64,000 nt of DNA from Octopus bimaculoides (GCF_001194135.2 NC_068993.1:57606491-57670490), one strand, 5' to 3'. Shown: positions 40,275 to 54,169, counted from the stretch's first letter. Made by a program: numbers and translations. Notes: generated by a model not told the origin, from the sequence alone.

Positions 40275-41121
40275 GAGAAAATGTAATGTTCCCGCACTGC
40301 TATAGACAAGCATCTTCACTCGATAGGAAAGGTTCAGAAGTATGGAGCATGGGTTACGCATGCTTTAAGTGACAACAACGAAAATCAACGAGCCACAATC
40401 TCCGCTAGTTTGCTTGCTCGTCACCGCCCAAATCATGAACACAAGCAACGATTTCTTTAACGAATCGTTATTAGCGACAAAAAATGGTGCCTGTACATCA
40501 ATATGAAGCAGCGTAAGGAATGGCTTAGCCTCGGTAAACAAGCGACACCGCGCGTGAAACAAGATCGTCATTCGCGTAAAACGATGCTGTACGTATGGTG
40601 GGACTGGGAAGGGATTATCCATTACGAATTGCTTGAACGGAACCAAACGGTCAACGTGGAATTCTATGTTCAACAGCTGGAACGACTCAACACGGCTATT
40701 GAAGAGAAAAGACCTAATCGGCAGCATGGAGTTCTTCTGCTGCACGACAACGTCCCCACCCCCGCATACCGCCCATATGACCAAAGAAGCCAATCAAGGC
40801 ATGGCTGGGAAGTAGTGTCACTCACGCCGTACTCTCCTGATTTGGCACCAAAGGATTTCCATCTGTTTCGATCTCTTTCAAATGCTATGGGCGGAGTTTC
40901 GTTCAATACTGACGCAGAACTGAGAGCTTGGTTGGATCAATTTCTCGAGTCGAAATCGGGTGATTTCTACCAACGAGGTATTGAAAATCTTGTTGAACGT
41001 TGTGAAGAAGTTGTAAACAACAAGGGTGAATACATTATTGATTAATTAGTTGTTATTTTTTATTAAAACTTTAAAAAAATTAAAATTATAATAAACATCG
41101 GGAACTTAGTTGCCAATCTAA
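40275..41121 (+). mobile_element. Decayed mariner (D34D) transposon, 5' part missing, 3' TIR present
   Basis: Frame from 40275 reads EKM*CSRTAIDKHLHSIGKVQKYGAWVTHAL...FL*RIVISDKKW...VWWDWEGIIHYELL...HDN...YSPDLAPKDFHLF...EYIID*. It has WVPHEL-like and YSPDLAP motifs, 34-residue D-D spacing, two stops and compensating frameshifts near 40755-40790. 3' TIR ...gggaacttagttgccaatctaa followed by TA. Confidence 0.9.
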
Positions 41122-41136
41122 TATATATATATATAT

Positions 41137-41362
41137 AATTCTTTATTGCCCACAGGGGGCTAGGCATAGAGGGGACAAACAAGGACAGACAAAGGGATTA
41201 AGTCAATTACATCGACTCCAGTGCGTAACTAGTTCTTATTTAATCGACCCCGAAATGATGAAAGGCAAAGTCGACCTCGGTGGCATTTGAACTCAGAACG
41301 TAACGGCAGACAAAATAACGCAAAGCATTTCGCCTTGCGTGCTAACGATTGTGCCAGCTCAC
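41137..41362 (-). mobile_element. SINE family A, full length, type-1 tail
   Basis: Reverse complement: head gagctggcacaatcgttagc, tail cttaatccctttgtctgtccttgtttgtcccctctatg...gtgggcaataaagaat. Confidence 0.85.
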
Positions 41363-41674
41363 TATATGTATGTAGGTAGATCGATAGATGAATAGACAGA
41401 TATAGATATACATCACATGTTTTAGGCCGTAATATGTCAAACATTGCAACTAATTTATCCTGGTATTTACTTGTAATATTCCTATGCGCGTCAGTGTCAA
41501 ATCGATATGCTTTTGGTTCATATGTATACGTTCGTTGATAGATATATCTATATACAGACTCTGACTCCAAAACTTATACATACACACATATCCCCAAATA
41601 TATTAAGCCACAAAATAATGAAAGAAAATTTATGTGTGTGTGCGTGTGTGTATGCGTGTTTGTATGCTATGTGT

Positions 41675-41712
<38 letters not shown>

Positions 41713-42644
41713 GTGNNNNNNNNNNNNNNNNNNNNNNNNNNNNNNNNNNNNNNNNNNNNNNNNNNNNNNNNNNNNNNNNNNNNNNNNNNNNNNNNNNNNN
41801 NNNNNNNNNNNNNNNNNNNNNNNNNNNNNNNNNNNNNNNNNNNNNNNNNNNNNNNNNNNNNNNNNNNNNNNNNNNNNNNNNNNNNNNNNNNNNNNNNNNN
41901 NNNNNNNNNNNNNNNAAGGAAACAAAAATATCTCTAAATTACCTAGGGATCTTTCTGTTGTTGAATTTCTTGTGATATCTAGGAACAATTTTCGGTTCTT
42001 CAGAAGGTTTTCATAATTCTGTAGAAATGTTAATTCAATAGAAAATCCAACGTAATTCGGTTTGCTTGACAGAAACAACGGAAAAATTTCAGAGAAAAAT
42101 CCTTGAAAATTCTAATTTTAAAATTTTCAAATAATGTTAGGAAATTTTTCGAGAGGAAAGAGATAGTGATTGTTTAAGGATGGGTGGTAAAGGAGTACGA
42201 GAGTTAGTTAGGAGTAAAAATAGGGGTTGCTAAGGGTTGCGTAGGTGATAACAATATGGAGAGCGTGGCAGTAAGACAATTACGTTTTTATTTTTTTAAA
42301 TCGTATATTTTATTTGTGTAAATTTGTGAATTATTTTATTGTAAAATCGTGTTTTGATGTGGGTGTGTATGTAAAAATGGGTGTGTGTATGTATGTGGAC
42401 GTGTATGGGTATGTGTGTATATGCGTATGGGTATGTGTGTATAAGTGTATGCGTACGCATGTGCTTCTACGGTGGTGGTTGGAAACTGATGATGATGAGG
42501 AGGAGGAGGATTACAATGATGAAACTGGATTGTTCTAAGTGTGCTATCCGTTTGGCAAGAATCGTTTCGAATATCGTACAAAACAGTTCACAGGTTTCGC
42601 CTTGACTCTTTATGTTCTGATTTCAAATCCAGTCAAGGTTTGTG

Positions 42645-42912
42645 CAGCTGAGTGGGTTAGTGGTTTGGGTGTTGGTCTTACGATCGTAAGATTGCGGTTT
42701 CGATTCCTTGACCAGGCAATGAGATGTATTCTTGAGCAAAACACTTCATTTCACTTTACACCAGTCCACCCAGCTGTAGAAATGAGTACCACCAGGGGTG
42801 GAACTGCGTCGCTTAGTGTTTGGTGTGTTGGATTCATGACCGTAAGTATGTGCTTTCGACTGCTGCAACGGGCGATCTATTGTGTTCTTGAGCAAAGCAC
42901 TTCATTTCACTG
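42645..42912 (+). mobile_element. Two tandem family D SINE heads with CORE/V-like motif
   Basis: Two units (~42645-42790, ~42800-42912), each tRNA-like then ttcttgagcaaaacacttcatttcac. Confidence 0.6.
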
Positions 42913-42951
42913 AGCAGTAGATATGCGTTTAGCTTAGAAAGAGAAGGCTCT

Positions 42952-43579
42952 CTTTTACTCTTTTATTCTTTAACTTGAATGTGGCCATGCTGGAGCACCA
43001 CCTTTGATCGAGCAAATCGACCCCAGGACTTATTCTTTGTAAGCCTAGTACTTATTCTGTCGGACCCTTTTGCCGAACCGCTATGTTAGCGGGACGTAAA
43101 CACACTAGCACCGGGAGTCAAGCGATGGTGGTGGTGGTGGTGGGACAAACACAGACACACAAACACACATACGTATATATATNNNNNNNNNNNNNNNNNN
43201 NNNNNNNNNNNNNNNNNNNNNNNNNNNNNNNNNNNNNNNNNNNNNNNNNNNNNNNNNNNNNNNNNNNNNNNNNNNNNNNNNNNNNNNNNNNNNNNNNNNN
43301 NNNNNNNNNNNNNNNNNNNNNNNNNNNNNNNNNNNNNNNNNNNNNNNNNNNNNNNNNNNNNNNNNNNNNNNNNNNNNNNNNNNNNNNNNNNNNNNNNNNN
43401 NNNNNNNNNNNNNNNNNNNNNNNNNNNTATACGACGGGCTTCTTTCAGTTTCCGTCTACCAAATCCACTGACAAGGCTTTGGTCGGCCCGAAGCTATAGT
43501 AGAAGACACTTGCCCAAGGTGCGACGCAGTGGGACTGAACCCGGAACCATGTGGTTGGTAAGCAAGCTACTTACCACAC
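42952..43579 (-). mobile_element. SINE family B spanning an N gap
   Basis: Tail half 42952-43180, gap in the central microsatellite, head half 43428-43579. Confidence 0.85.
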
Positions 43580-43722
43580 AAAGTATTGTACGTACACATT
43601 CCTTACGTTTCTATATAACTATGTGTGTCAGCGTGTAATGTCAATACCTCTAAATTTACGTGTGTATAACTGTGTTTATAAGTACGACTACATACATACA
43701 CACATATACATATTTTCATATA

Positions 43723-43794
<72 letters not shown>

Positions 43795-45038
43795 GGTGTG
43801 TATATATGTGTGTGATTTTGGAATGCGTGTGCGCGTCCATGCATGCATACCATATGTACCAACGCCATCCCTGGGATTACAGATTAAACACATTAGATAT
43901 ATTCGTTTGCACACAGCCATTCGTATCAATGCATTTCCTTTCAGCATATTTCGTGTTTGAGATAGACAATTCTTACTACATGATGGTTAAGTGTAGGGTT
44001 AATATAATTACATAACATTATACTAACCTTCATACACGATCGGCTTTTATAGTAACAGTACTAATGGCGAGAATGTTTTCCTGACAGAAAACTATTACAT
44101 ATCGATTTAATACGCCATGTTTATTTATATACAGCGATTGAAACTCTCCAAATAACATGGCTCTGTTGATTTTAATGCGTTTCTTAAATTATGATTTTTT
44201 TTTTTTTTTTATCCGGAGGTTAACTCATCATCCAACAGACCAATGATTCAAGGTAATCTAAACTACACTACAATACGACGCTGATATTTTGGGGGGTCAC
44301 CTCTGTCAACATAAACCCCCAAACTGTTGCTTGTTATTACTTTACCTTGATATAATTTAGAGGAATAGGTTGTTGTCACTTCTTGCAGTTCTAGTAACCG
44401 AGGAGAGGCTCTCTTTGTCGGTTTCATAAACATCGATATCAACAGCTGTAACGGAATAATATAACTATCGTTTTGTTACCGACATATTAAATATACTCTT
44501 TTCTGATGTCTTGTCTGTATGTATGACTACAAAATCTAAATCTGTCTCTTGGGACATCAAATCAAAGAATGTTTTTAATGTGTCCAAATAACAAATAGTC
44601 ACTTAACGGAACAATTAAAAGCTACGGTTGGTAAATGTTGGAACCAAATACAACCATTCTGATTTCTGTATTAATATGATAAAAATAATATTAATAAAAA
44701 TAAATTATTCTTTTACGAATCTCGTATTTTTGTCAAAATAGCCATTAAGCTGATGAGACACAAACGGTCGTGGTGCATGGCTGTGTGCATCAGTAGCTCC
44801 TTTCGCAACAATGTGGTTCCGGTTTCCATTCACTTTGTGCCGTCTTGGGGAAGCGGTTTCAACTACAGTCAGGGAATGAACAATAGCAGAAATATTATCA
44901 AAGCTGTTAATGTATGAAGGTTAGTGTGATGTTCCGCATGTATTGACCTTGATGTTAATAACATATTAAATACATAAAAGTCTAATTAAATGCTTTGAAT
45001 GGGGCAATATTTTGGCTCATCCACACACACACACACAC

Positions 45039-45325
45039 TTATTCTTTTATTTGTTTCAGTCATTTGACTGCGGCCACGCTGGAGCACCGCCTTTAGTCAA
45101 ACAAATCGACCCCAGGACTTCTTCTTCGTAAGCCTAGTACTTATTCTATCCATCTCTTTTGCCGAACAGCTAATGTACGGAGACATAAACACACCACCAT
45201 CGGTTGTCACGCGATGGCGAGGGGACAAACACAGACACAGAAAAACACACACACATATATGGGACTGAAACCGGAACCATGTGGTAAGTAGGCAAGCTAC
45301 TTACCACACAGCCACTCCTGCGCCT
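45039..45325 (-). mobile_element. SINE family B with internal deletion
   Basis: Tail half joined via (CA)/(TA) directly to gggactgaaaccggaaccatgtgg...gccactcctgcgcct. Confidence 0.85.
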
Positions 45326-45763
45326 GCATATNNNNNNNNNNNNNNNNNNNNNNNNNNNNNNNNNNNNNNNNNNNNNNNNNNNNNNNNNNNNNNNNNNNNN
45401 NNNNNNNNNNNNNNNNNNNNNNNNNNNNNNNNNNNNNNNNNNNNNNNNNNNNNNNNNNNNNNNNNNNNNNNNNNNNNNNNNNNNNNNNNNNNNNNNNNNN
45501 NNNNNNNNNNNNNNNNNNNNNNNNNNNNNNNNNNNNNNNNNNNNNNNNNNNNNNNNNNNNNNNNNNNNNNNNNNNNNNNNNNNNNNNNNNNNNNNNNNNN
45601 NNNNNNNNNNNNNNNNNNNNNNNNNNNNNNNNNNNNNNNNNNNNNNNNNNNNNNNNNNNNNNNNNNNNNNNNNNNNNNNNNNNNNNNNNNNNNNNNNNNN
45701 NNNNNNNNNNNNNNNNNNNNNNNNNNNNNNNNNNNNNNNNNNNNNNNNNNNNNNNNNNNNNNN

Positions 45764-45820
<57 letters not shown>

Positions 45821-46658
45821 TTCACGCACACACACGCACGCAAAAAGATATATTTTTGCATGGCAAATATATTAGAGAAGAGTACTCAATACATGATACA
45901 GAGTCTATGCATTTCCTTTTTCTTGTTTATGTTGGAACTTAGACTAAGAGATTGTTTCGCAGTTCCCTTTTCATGGTACGAGTGGGGCTTTGTATATATA
46001 TATATAACCAATAGTATGTGTACGCTGAAGAGTTTCCTAGTTCACATTAGTAGCATATCTTACTTCTTTAGTCTGCTCATAGATTTCTTACAGATGTACG
46101 TGCGGCAGAGTGCTATAAATTCATTTCTTTCTGGTTCGTTGATGAGCTGATGATTAGAAATCTGGGTCTTTATACCTAGAATTATCGTTATTAACATACT
46201 GTAAAAGAACGAAAACAGCTTTGACGCTGATATAAATCAATTCCCGTGGTGCGGTACTAGCGGTAATATACGGTGGGTACTGATATCAATTATACTACCC
46301 TAACCCTAACCCTTGCAAAAATCAATGGCAGATATGATCACGGAGAATTAGAAGGCAGCAGAAATTAATCTTCTTGTTCCATATTATACACATGCGCACT
46401 AACATATACACTCACAGTTACACGACTAAAACATTTCGAAATACGTGCACACCCAGGTAGTTGTATTTGCATAAATATACAGCCATAAGGGTAAATACGC
46501 ATATGCTTATATACATTTCCATTCTTATAGATATTTACACGCATACATCATTAAATAGTTGTCCTATACATTACAATATGCCTTTGTCATAAACAATAAC
46601 AGCACTGGTTAACATACACTGCGTGCATATGTATGTGTAAATGTGTGTAGTGTATATG

Positions 46659-46689
<31 letters not shown>

Positions 46690-47183
46690 ATGCGTATATA
46701 TGTGTGTATATATATGTACATAATGTATGTATGTATGTATAGATACATGTGTCTGACAGCGTATTACGTGTGTGCGTACGTGTACTCATATTTAAGTGCT
46801 TTTGTGCAGATATGTGTGTATGTACGTGTAACTTTCTGTACTAATTAACCTGTTAATAAATATTTAAATATGCAAATATGGCGAGGTAGTCTTTTGACAG
46901 AGTTGTTAAGCCGTCAGAATGACTTGTGGCTTTTGTTTTATTCTCACTGAGTTCAATTCCATTCGTGGTCGATAAATAATAAACCACATTTCCTCGTGTT
47001 GTACTCTGTCAGAACTGGTTGCAACCAACAGAATGGCTTACACAAAAGTGACTGAGGAAGGTAATGGGAAAACATCTTTGAATTCTCCCACCAAAAGTTC
47101 TTGTCGTTGAAGACATCAGTCATCAGTTGTCAGTAAAATAGTGTTTGCTCTATGTGAATGCGCGCATGCGTATCACTCGTATT

Positions 47184-47552
47184 TGGTTAGGGCAGCGGAC
47201 TCGCTGTCTTAGGATCGCGGTTTCGATTCCTAGACCAAGCATTGTGAGTATTTATTGAGCAAAAACACCTAAAGCTCCACGAGGCTCCGGCAGTGGATGG
47301 CGGCGAACCGTACTGTACCCTTTCACCACAACTTTCTTTCTCACTCTTACTTCCTGTTTCTGTTGTGCCTGTAATTCAAATGACCAGCCCTATCACACAT
47401 CTTTGTCACGCTGTATATCCCCGAGAACTACGTTAAGGGTACACGTGTCTGTGGAGTGCTCAGCCACTTACATGTTAATTTCACGAGTAGGCTGTTCCGT
47501 TGATCGAATCAACTGGAACCCTCATCGTCGTAAGCGACGGAGTACCAACAAC
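47184..47552 (+). mobile_element. SINE family C
   Basis: Colinear with 27204-27588; lacks the first ~20 nt. Confidence 0.85.
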
Positions 47553-47897
47553 AGCATATATGTACCTGTTTTATGTACGTATGTTTGTATATATGATTAT
47601 TCAGTTTTATCTCAAGATGTCTTGCGAATTGAGAAAGAACCGGTTTCAAACCTAGATCCAAAGCCCCTTCTTTTGAAAATCATCAGCACCAGCAGAGTAT
47701 AAACGTATGCGTGTATGTATATGTGCAGATTCGTATATTTTGTTTTCTGTATGTATTCTCATGCATATTATTGCATATCTAGACATGCTTGTATATGCTT
47801 AAATGATAAACATCTGGAAAGTTTTACAGATTTTTAGTTCAAGTGATGTATGCTTGTATCTAAACATGGATGGATGTACGTGTTTATGTATGTATAA

Positions 47898-48010
47898 GTG
47901 AAGACTCGTGGCCTAGTCGTTATGACATGGCGCTCACAATCTCGAGATTGTAGTTCTATTGCTGTGCAGGGCGGTGCATTGATTTCTTGAGCAAAACACT
48001 TCATCTCACA
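47898..48010 (+). mobile_element. Family D SINE head, diverged
   Basis: gtgaagactcgtggcctagtcgtta...ttcttgagcaaaacacttcatctcac. Confidence 0.55.
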
Positions 48011-48747
48011 ATGCCATGCGTTGACTTCGACATTTGACGTGCAGCATCCCGTGCAACTGGTCAAGCAATGTCGATTTGAGGGACAGAGTGAGCTAATGGG
48101 TATCACCAAAAATTTTATCAATATAAAACAAGTCACCTTTGCAGCTCGTTCAGCAACAAACTTCATTACCCCTTTCCAAATTTTTCTCCCATTTTGTGTG
48201 TGGGAATGCTTGTGTGCTTGTGTGCGCGTGCGAGTGTACGTGTATACGTATGCGCGTGTGTGTGTGCCTGTGCGTGTGTTTGCGGGCGTGTGTATATGTA
48301 TGTGACTAATTTTATTTCAATTTATGTCAATCACCTTATGTCATAAATATAGTTCTACTGCATTTTTGTAAACTCTTTTATAATACAGACGCCTAAGAGT
48401 CCTGTGTTCTGAAGTTAAGAAACAATAGGTCCTGATGACTCCTACTGAGGCAGAAACACTAGACCACTGCAGTGCTATTCAGGAATTCAGACAGTTCTGT
48501 GCTTAATGGCTTCCCAGTTTTAGAAACTCTTTGTTCTTCAGATTATCTCATCTTTGTGTTCATAGTCCCATTTTCTATTAAAGCTCAGTTCTAATATGTC
48601 GAGTGGAATAAATTCATTAACTTCATTAAATTGCCACACTTCGCAAAGTGGTAATTAATATATATTATTCGTCTTTATTATTCAAATACAATGATATTGT
48701 CTCCTGTGTTTCTCATTGCTCTTTTATATGTTATATAATGTGTGTGT

Positions 48748-48904
48748 GTGTGGCTGTATAATTATGAGGATCGCTTCGCAACCACGGGGACTCAAGTTCA
48801 GTCTCACTACGTAGAAACTTGAGCAAGTGTTCTCTACCATAATTCGGGTCTGACAATGCCGCGTGAGTAACTTTGGTATGCGGAAACAGTGCGGAAGCCC
48901 GTCG

Positions 48905-48944
<40 letters not shown>

Positions 48945-49205
48945 CATAGATACATGTATAGATATAGACATACACATATATGTTTATATATATATATATG
49001 TATATATGTGTGTATGTATGTGTCTTTATTTGTCCCACGCTGTTTGACAACCAGTATTGGTTTGTTTACGTTCTTGTAACAAAAGAGAAAGGTAACAAAA
49101 GAGAAAGGTAGACTAAGTACCACACTTATAAATTCTTAGAACCTGGGTTGAATTTAATTCCACTAAACACTTCAAGTTCATGCCCCAGCATGGTCGCAGT
49201 CCATT
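48748..49205 (+). mobile_element. Old diverged SINE family B
   Basis: gtgtggctgt...cttgagcaagtgtt...gaagcccgtcgtata, (TA)n, ...gacaaccagt...ccagcatggtcgcagtc. Confidence 0.6.
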
Positions 49206-49327
49206 GAGTGTGAATGTGTGTGTGGGAGTGTGTACATCTGCGTGTGTGAACGGTCTAAAAGCGTAACATGTGTCTCTGTATGCCCATTATCTGCACCTCA
49301 TCGATCAAGAGATGTCGAGGAGATTAT

Positions 49328-49685
49328 GTTGGCACTCCGTCGCTTATGATGTCGAGGGTTCCAGTTGATCCTGTTCGTGAAATTAACGTGCAAGTGGCTA
49401 GAGCACTCCACAGACACGTGTACCCTTAACGTAGTTCTCGAGGATATTCAGCGTGACACAGTGTGACAAGGCTGACCCTTTGAATTACAGGCGCAACAGA
49501 AACAGGAAGAAAGAGTGAGAGAAAGATGTGGTGAAAGCAGGGATTGCCACCATCCCCTGCCGGAGCCTCGTGGAGCTATAGGTGTTTTCGCTCAATAAAC
49601 ACTCTCAATGCCCGGTCTGGGAACCGAAACCGCGATCCTATGACCGTGAGTCCGCTGCCCTAACCACTGGGCCATTGCGCCTCCA
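49328..49685 (-). mobile_element. SINE family C, full length
   Basis: Reverse complement of 27204-27588; ends ...taaccactgggccattgcgcctcca. Confidence 0.85.
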
Positions 49686-50011
49686 CTGTCGAGAAGATAG
49701 GCAGACAGAAATACATGAGTTGGGTCGTTATAATCGATAGGACCCTTAATATCTGTGCCCTAGTACGACTGGCATTCTAAAGACTGAAACCCGTAACAAA
49801 ATATAGCTGTATGAACACTTGTGTTGCCTGTGTGTTTGTGTGTGCGCGAATGAGTGCGAGTGTTGTGTGCGTGTATGTTTTATGCTGTAAACCTGTTTAC
49901 CTGTGTTGGAGAGAGTGCTGGTGTCTGCCAATTTAAGACCTTCTATAAGAGTGTTTAGTCAACCTATTTGCATATATTAACTTGTTTGAAAATGAGTGTG
50001 TGAGTACATAT

Positions 50012-50066
<55 letters not shown>

Positions 50067-50200
50067 CATTAATACATGTATATGTACACACACACACACC
50101 TATCTGTATACACAAATTCACACACACATGCTAAAAGCACAAACTCAATTATATTCGTTTATGCGTGAGTGCATTTTCTTGTATACATCTGTATATACAT

Positions 50201-50237
<37 letters not shown>

Positions 50238-50355
50238 CGTGTATATCTTTACATACATATATGTGTCTGTATTTATATACATTTATATATACCTATATAT
50301 ATCTATACAGACATATATATGTATATGCGTGTGTGTATATATATATATATGCGCG

Positions 50356-50782
50356 TGCGAGAGAGAGTGTGTATATGTATGTGTATACACCCACACACAT
50401 ACACACTTATACACAGTATGGATCCCTTCCAGTTTTTCACGTTCTTTCTCTCTTCCATTTCTCTCACCATACACACACACACACAACATACACTTACACG
50501 CACACACACACACACACCTAAACGCACACACATAATGCTATGCTAATGCGTGTCTTCTTGTACANNNNNNNNNNTGCGAGAGAGAGTGTGTATATGTATG
50601 TGTATACACCCACACACATACACACTTATACACAGTATGGATCCCTTCCAGTTTTTCACGTTCTTTCTCTCTTCCATTTCTCTCACCATACACACACACA
50701 CACAACATACACTTACACGCACACACACACACACACCTAAACGCACACACATAATGCTATGCTAATGCGTGTCTTCTTGTAC
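50356..50782. other. ~208-bp duplication across a 10-N gap (probable assembly overlap)
   Basis: 50356-50564 is repeated essentially identically at 50575-50782. Confidence 0.8.
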
Positions 50783-51322
50783 ACTTATTGTACTTGCGTT
50801 TGTATGAGTGAATGTGCGTGTGTTGTGTGACAGCTTTATGAATGAGGTACGTATTCTAATCACGCACCCGTTCACCCTCTTGAAAAATACAACTTTCTCA
50901 ATGATACTCAGAAGTCACCTGGCTTAGAAAAGCTCTCAAGCGTTCCATTAATCTGACTTGGCGAACCACCCTGAGTGTCGCCTGGCTAAACCACAAACGA
51001 TGTTGTAGTTTAGATGTAATCCTCCACCAGCTGTCATAAAAACAAGTTGGAAAATACACTCATACGCACACACGAATCTACATAAACACATACAAACACA
51101 TGCGCACACACAAACACTCGCATACTCCCTTGCGCATACGAATGCACATACATTCACAAGCGCTTAAGCGATCTCACACAAACGTTCACATACCTTCTCG
51201 CGCACAAGCACGCACGTACGTATAGACACATACACGCACCCACAGCCACATTTACACGTTCAACTCTATCGAACAGTCACACACACACACCCACACCCAA
51301 ACACACGCCCACACACAAACAC

Positions 51323-51570
51323 ACATGCACACACACAAGAAATGCTGAGGAATTCTTTCTTTTAGAAGCACAAGGCCTGAAATCTTTGGGGGTGTGCGTA
51401 AAGTGAATTAGATCGACCCCAGTACGCAACTAGTACTTAATTTATCGACCCTAAACGGATGTAAGGCAAAGTTGATCTCAGCAGAATTTGAACTCAGAAC
51501 GTAGCGACGAGCGAAATACCACTAAGCATTTCGCCCAGCGTGCTAACGATTCTGCCAGCTCGCAACATTC

Positions 51571-51622
<52 letters not shown>

Positions 51623-51879
51623 NNNNNNNNNNCATGCACACACACAAGAAACGCTGAGGAATTCTTTCTTTTAGAAGCACAAGGCCTGAAATCTTTGGGG
51701 GTGTGCGTAAAGTGAATTAGATCGACCCCAGTACGCAACTAGTACTTAATTTATCGACCCTAAACGGATGTAAGGCAAAGTTGATCTCAGCAGAATTTGA
51801 ACTCAGAACGTAGCGACGAGCGAAATACCACTAAGCATTTCGCCCAGCGTGCTAACGATTCTGCCAGCTCGCAACATTC

Positions 51880-51935
<56 letters not shown>
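51323..51935 (-). mobile_element. SINE family A copy duplicated across a 10-N gap
   Basis: SINE 51353-51563 plus (AAT)n is repeated with a 309-bp offset (51661-51872); near identical. Confidence 0.8.
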
Positions 51936-51936
<1 letters not shown>

Positions 51937-52140
51937 CTTTTCTACTATAGGCACAAGGCCTAGAATTGGAGAGGAGGGGGACTAGTCGATTACATCAATC
52001 CCTTAGTGTGTTACTGGTATTTTATTTATCGAACCCGAAAGGATGAAAGGCAAGGTCGACTTCGGCGGAATTTGAACTCAGAGCGTAGCGTCGGGCGAAA
52101 TAGCGCTAAGTATTTCGTTCAACATGCTAACAATTCTGCC
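51937..52140 (-). mobile_element. SINE family A, type-2 tail ending in (ATT)n
   Basis: ttttctactataggcacaaggcc...gtcgacttcggcggaatttgaactcag...gctaacaattctgcc. Confidence 0.85.
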
Positions 52141-53460
52141 CCCTGGCCCTCACTAGAAACGCTTCAGAATAATTTTCAGTATAGGATAAATTTGATTGAA
52201 AGGTCACTTAAGTTCTCTTAGATATAAGTAAACATATTAAACAGAAAAATGTGTCGGTAGGTTATAGAAAAGACTGGAGTGACTCCAGTCCTTCATTAAT
52301 TTATCACTTCAATGTTATGCTGGAGTTTAGATCAAGTGCTTTATACATCAGGAAAACAACAGAGAAAAGAAACACTTGTCGAAAGAAATTCAATGATATT
52401 AAGTTTCAAACTGGCTAGGAAGGTATTTCATTACTAGAATTGAAATAAAATTAGTCGGCAGCATATATTAGTTTCATGTTAAAAAACATATGCAATAACT
52501 TATTTGTACACTAATTGATTTATCGATGAAAAATATATATTGGAATATCCTATTAAAATAGAAAATAAAAACTAAAAACTATAATCATAAGGTATCGCGA
52601 GCAAAAATATATTAATTATCTTAATTGTCAAGAGGAAAAAACAATTTAAAGCGCAATATTTACAGGCGCTGTTTTGTAGTTAGTTTAAAGAGATAGAAAG
52701 TCACTCGATATATATTAATAGATTAATCTTAGGAAATTCTATTAACTAATACCAACTCGTGTATATATATNNNNNNNNNNNNNNNNNNNNNNNNNNNNNN
52801 NNNNNNNNNNNNNNNNNNNNNNNNNNNNNNNNNNNNNNNNNNNNNNNNNNNNNNNNNNNNNNNNNNNNNNNNNNNNNNNNNNNNNNNNNNNNNNNNNNNN
52901 NNNNNNNNNNNNNNNNNNNNNNNNNNNNNNNNNNNNNNNNNNNNNNNNNNNNNNNNNNNNNNNNNNNNNNNNNNNNNNNNNNNNNNNNNNNNNNNNNNNN
53001 NNNNNNNNNNNNNNNNNNNNNNNNNNNNNNNNNNNNNNNNNNNNNNNNNNNNNNNNNNNNNNNNNNNNNNNNNNNNNNNNNNNNNNNNNNNNNNNNNNNN
53101 NNNNNNNNNNNNNNNNNNNNNNNNNNNNNNNTATATATATATATGTATATATATATATATACATGTATATAAAGAATAAATTATATATAGCGATACAATT
53201 GACAATCGAATAATTTATTTATATTATAACATAGCTAAATATGCTATGAATATAATACAATGTATTCTTATATTATATAACATAAGTAATTATTTAAAAC
53301 ACCAAAAAGCCAACAACTCATTTCGACTTATATACATTTTTTGACATATAAACAATTCAATTCCTTTATATATGTCCCCTCAGGGCAATTGGTGTGTAAA
53401 GGAATTGTTTATATTTTAAAAAAATGTATATAATGTATATAATATATAAATGTATATATA

Positions 53461-53732
53461 GACGCAGGAGTGGCTGTGTGGTATGTAGCTTGCTTATCAA
53501 CCACAATATATGCTGCCGACTGCGTGGCACCTTGGGCAAGTGTTTTCTACTATAGCCTCGCGTCGACCAAAGCCTTGTGAGTGGATTTGGTTGACGGAAA
53601 CTGAAAGAAGCCCGTCGTATATATATATTTATGTGTGTGTGTGTGTGTGCATATGTTGTGTGTCTGTGTTTGTCCCCCCAACATCACTCGGTGCTCCAGC
53701 ATTGTCGAAGTCAAACGACTGAAACAAATAAG
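53461..53732 (+). mobile_element. SINE family B with internal deletion
   Basis: gacgcaggagtggctgtgtggt...caccttgggcaagtg...gaagcccgtcgtata...gtgctccagcat...gactgaaaca. Confidence 0.85.
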
Positions 53733-54007
53733 AATATAACAAAATGTATATAAAGCTCTGGTAAAATAGAAAAAGTAAGTTCAATGGAGGCCAGATTTCA
53801 TTCTTCTAAATGCCACATAACGTAATATTGATGGTGAAGTAAATTACATTATTGCTGGCGGGGATTACATCAAAATAAGTGTAGTTGAATAAATAGTAAT
53901 ATAGAAATATAATATTAGGTTGTTCTCAGATAAGAGAAAAGTCTCCAAATGATTTCCGCGAACAAATTGTATAATATATACATACTGAGTTTCATTTAAC
54001 ATTAAAG

Positions 54008-54083
<76 letters not shown>

Positions 54084-54084
54084 A

Positions 54085-54168
<84 letters not shown>
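54008..54168. repeat. Long near-perfect (TATC)n microsatellite
   Basis: Direct; about 40 units with one variant. Confidence 0.97.

Positions 54169-54169
<1 letters not shown>

Noticed and set aside
50356-51935. Tandem duplications of ~208 bp and ~309 bp
   Set aside because: Each straddles a 10-N gap with near-identical copies, so they are best explained as unmerged contig overlaps rather than biology.
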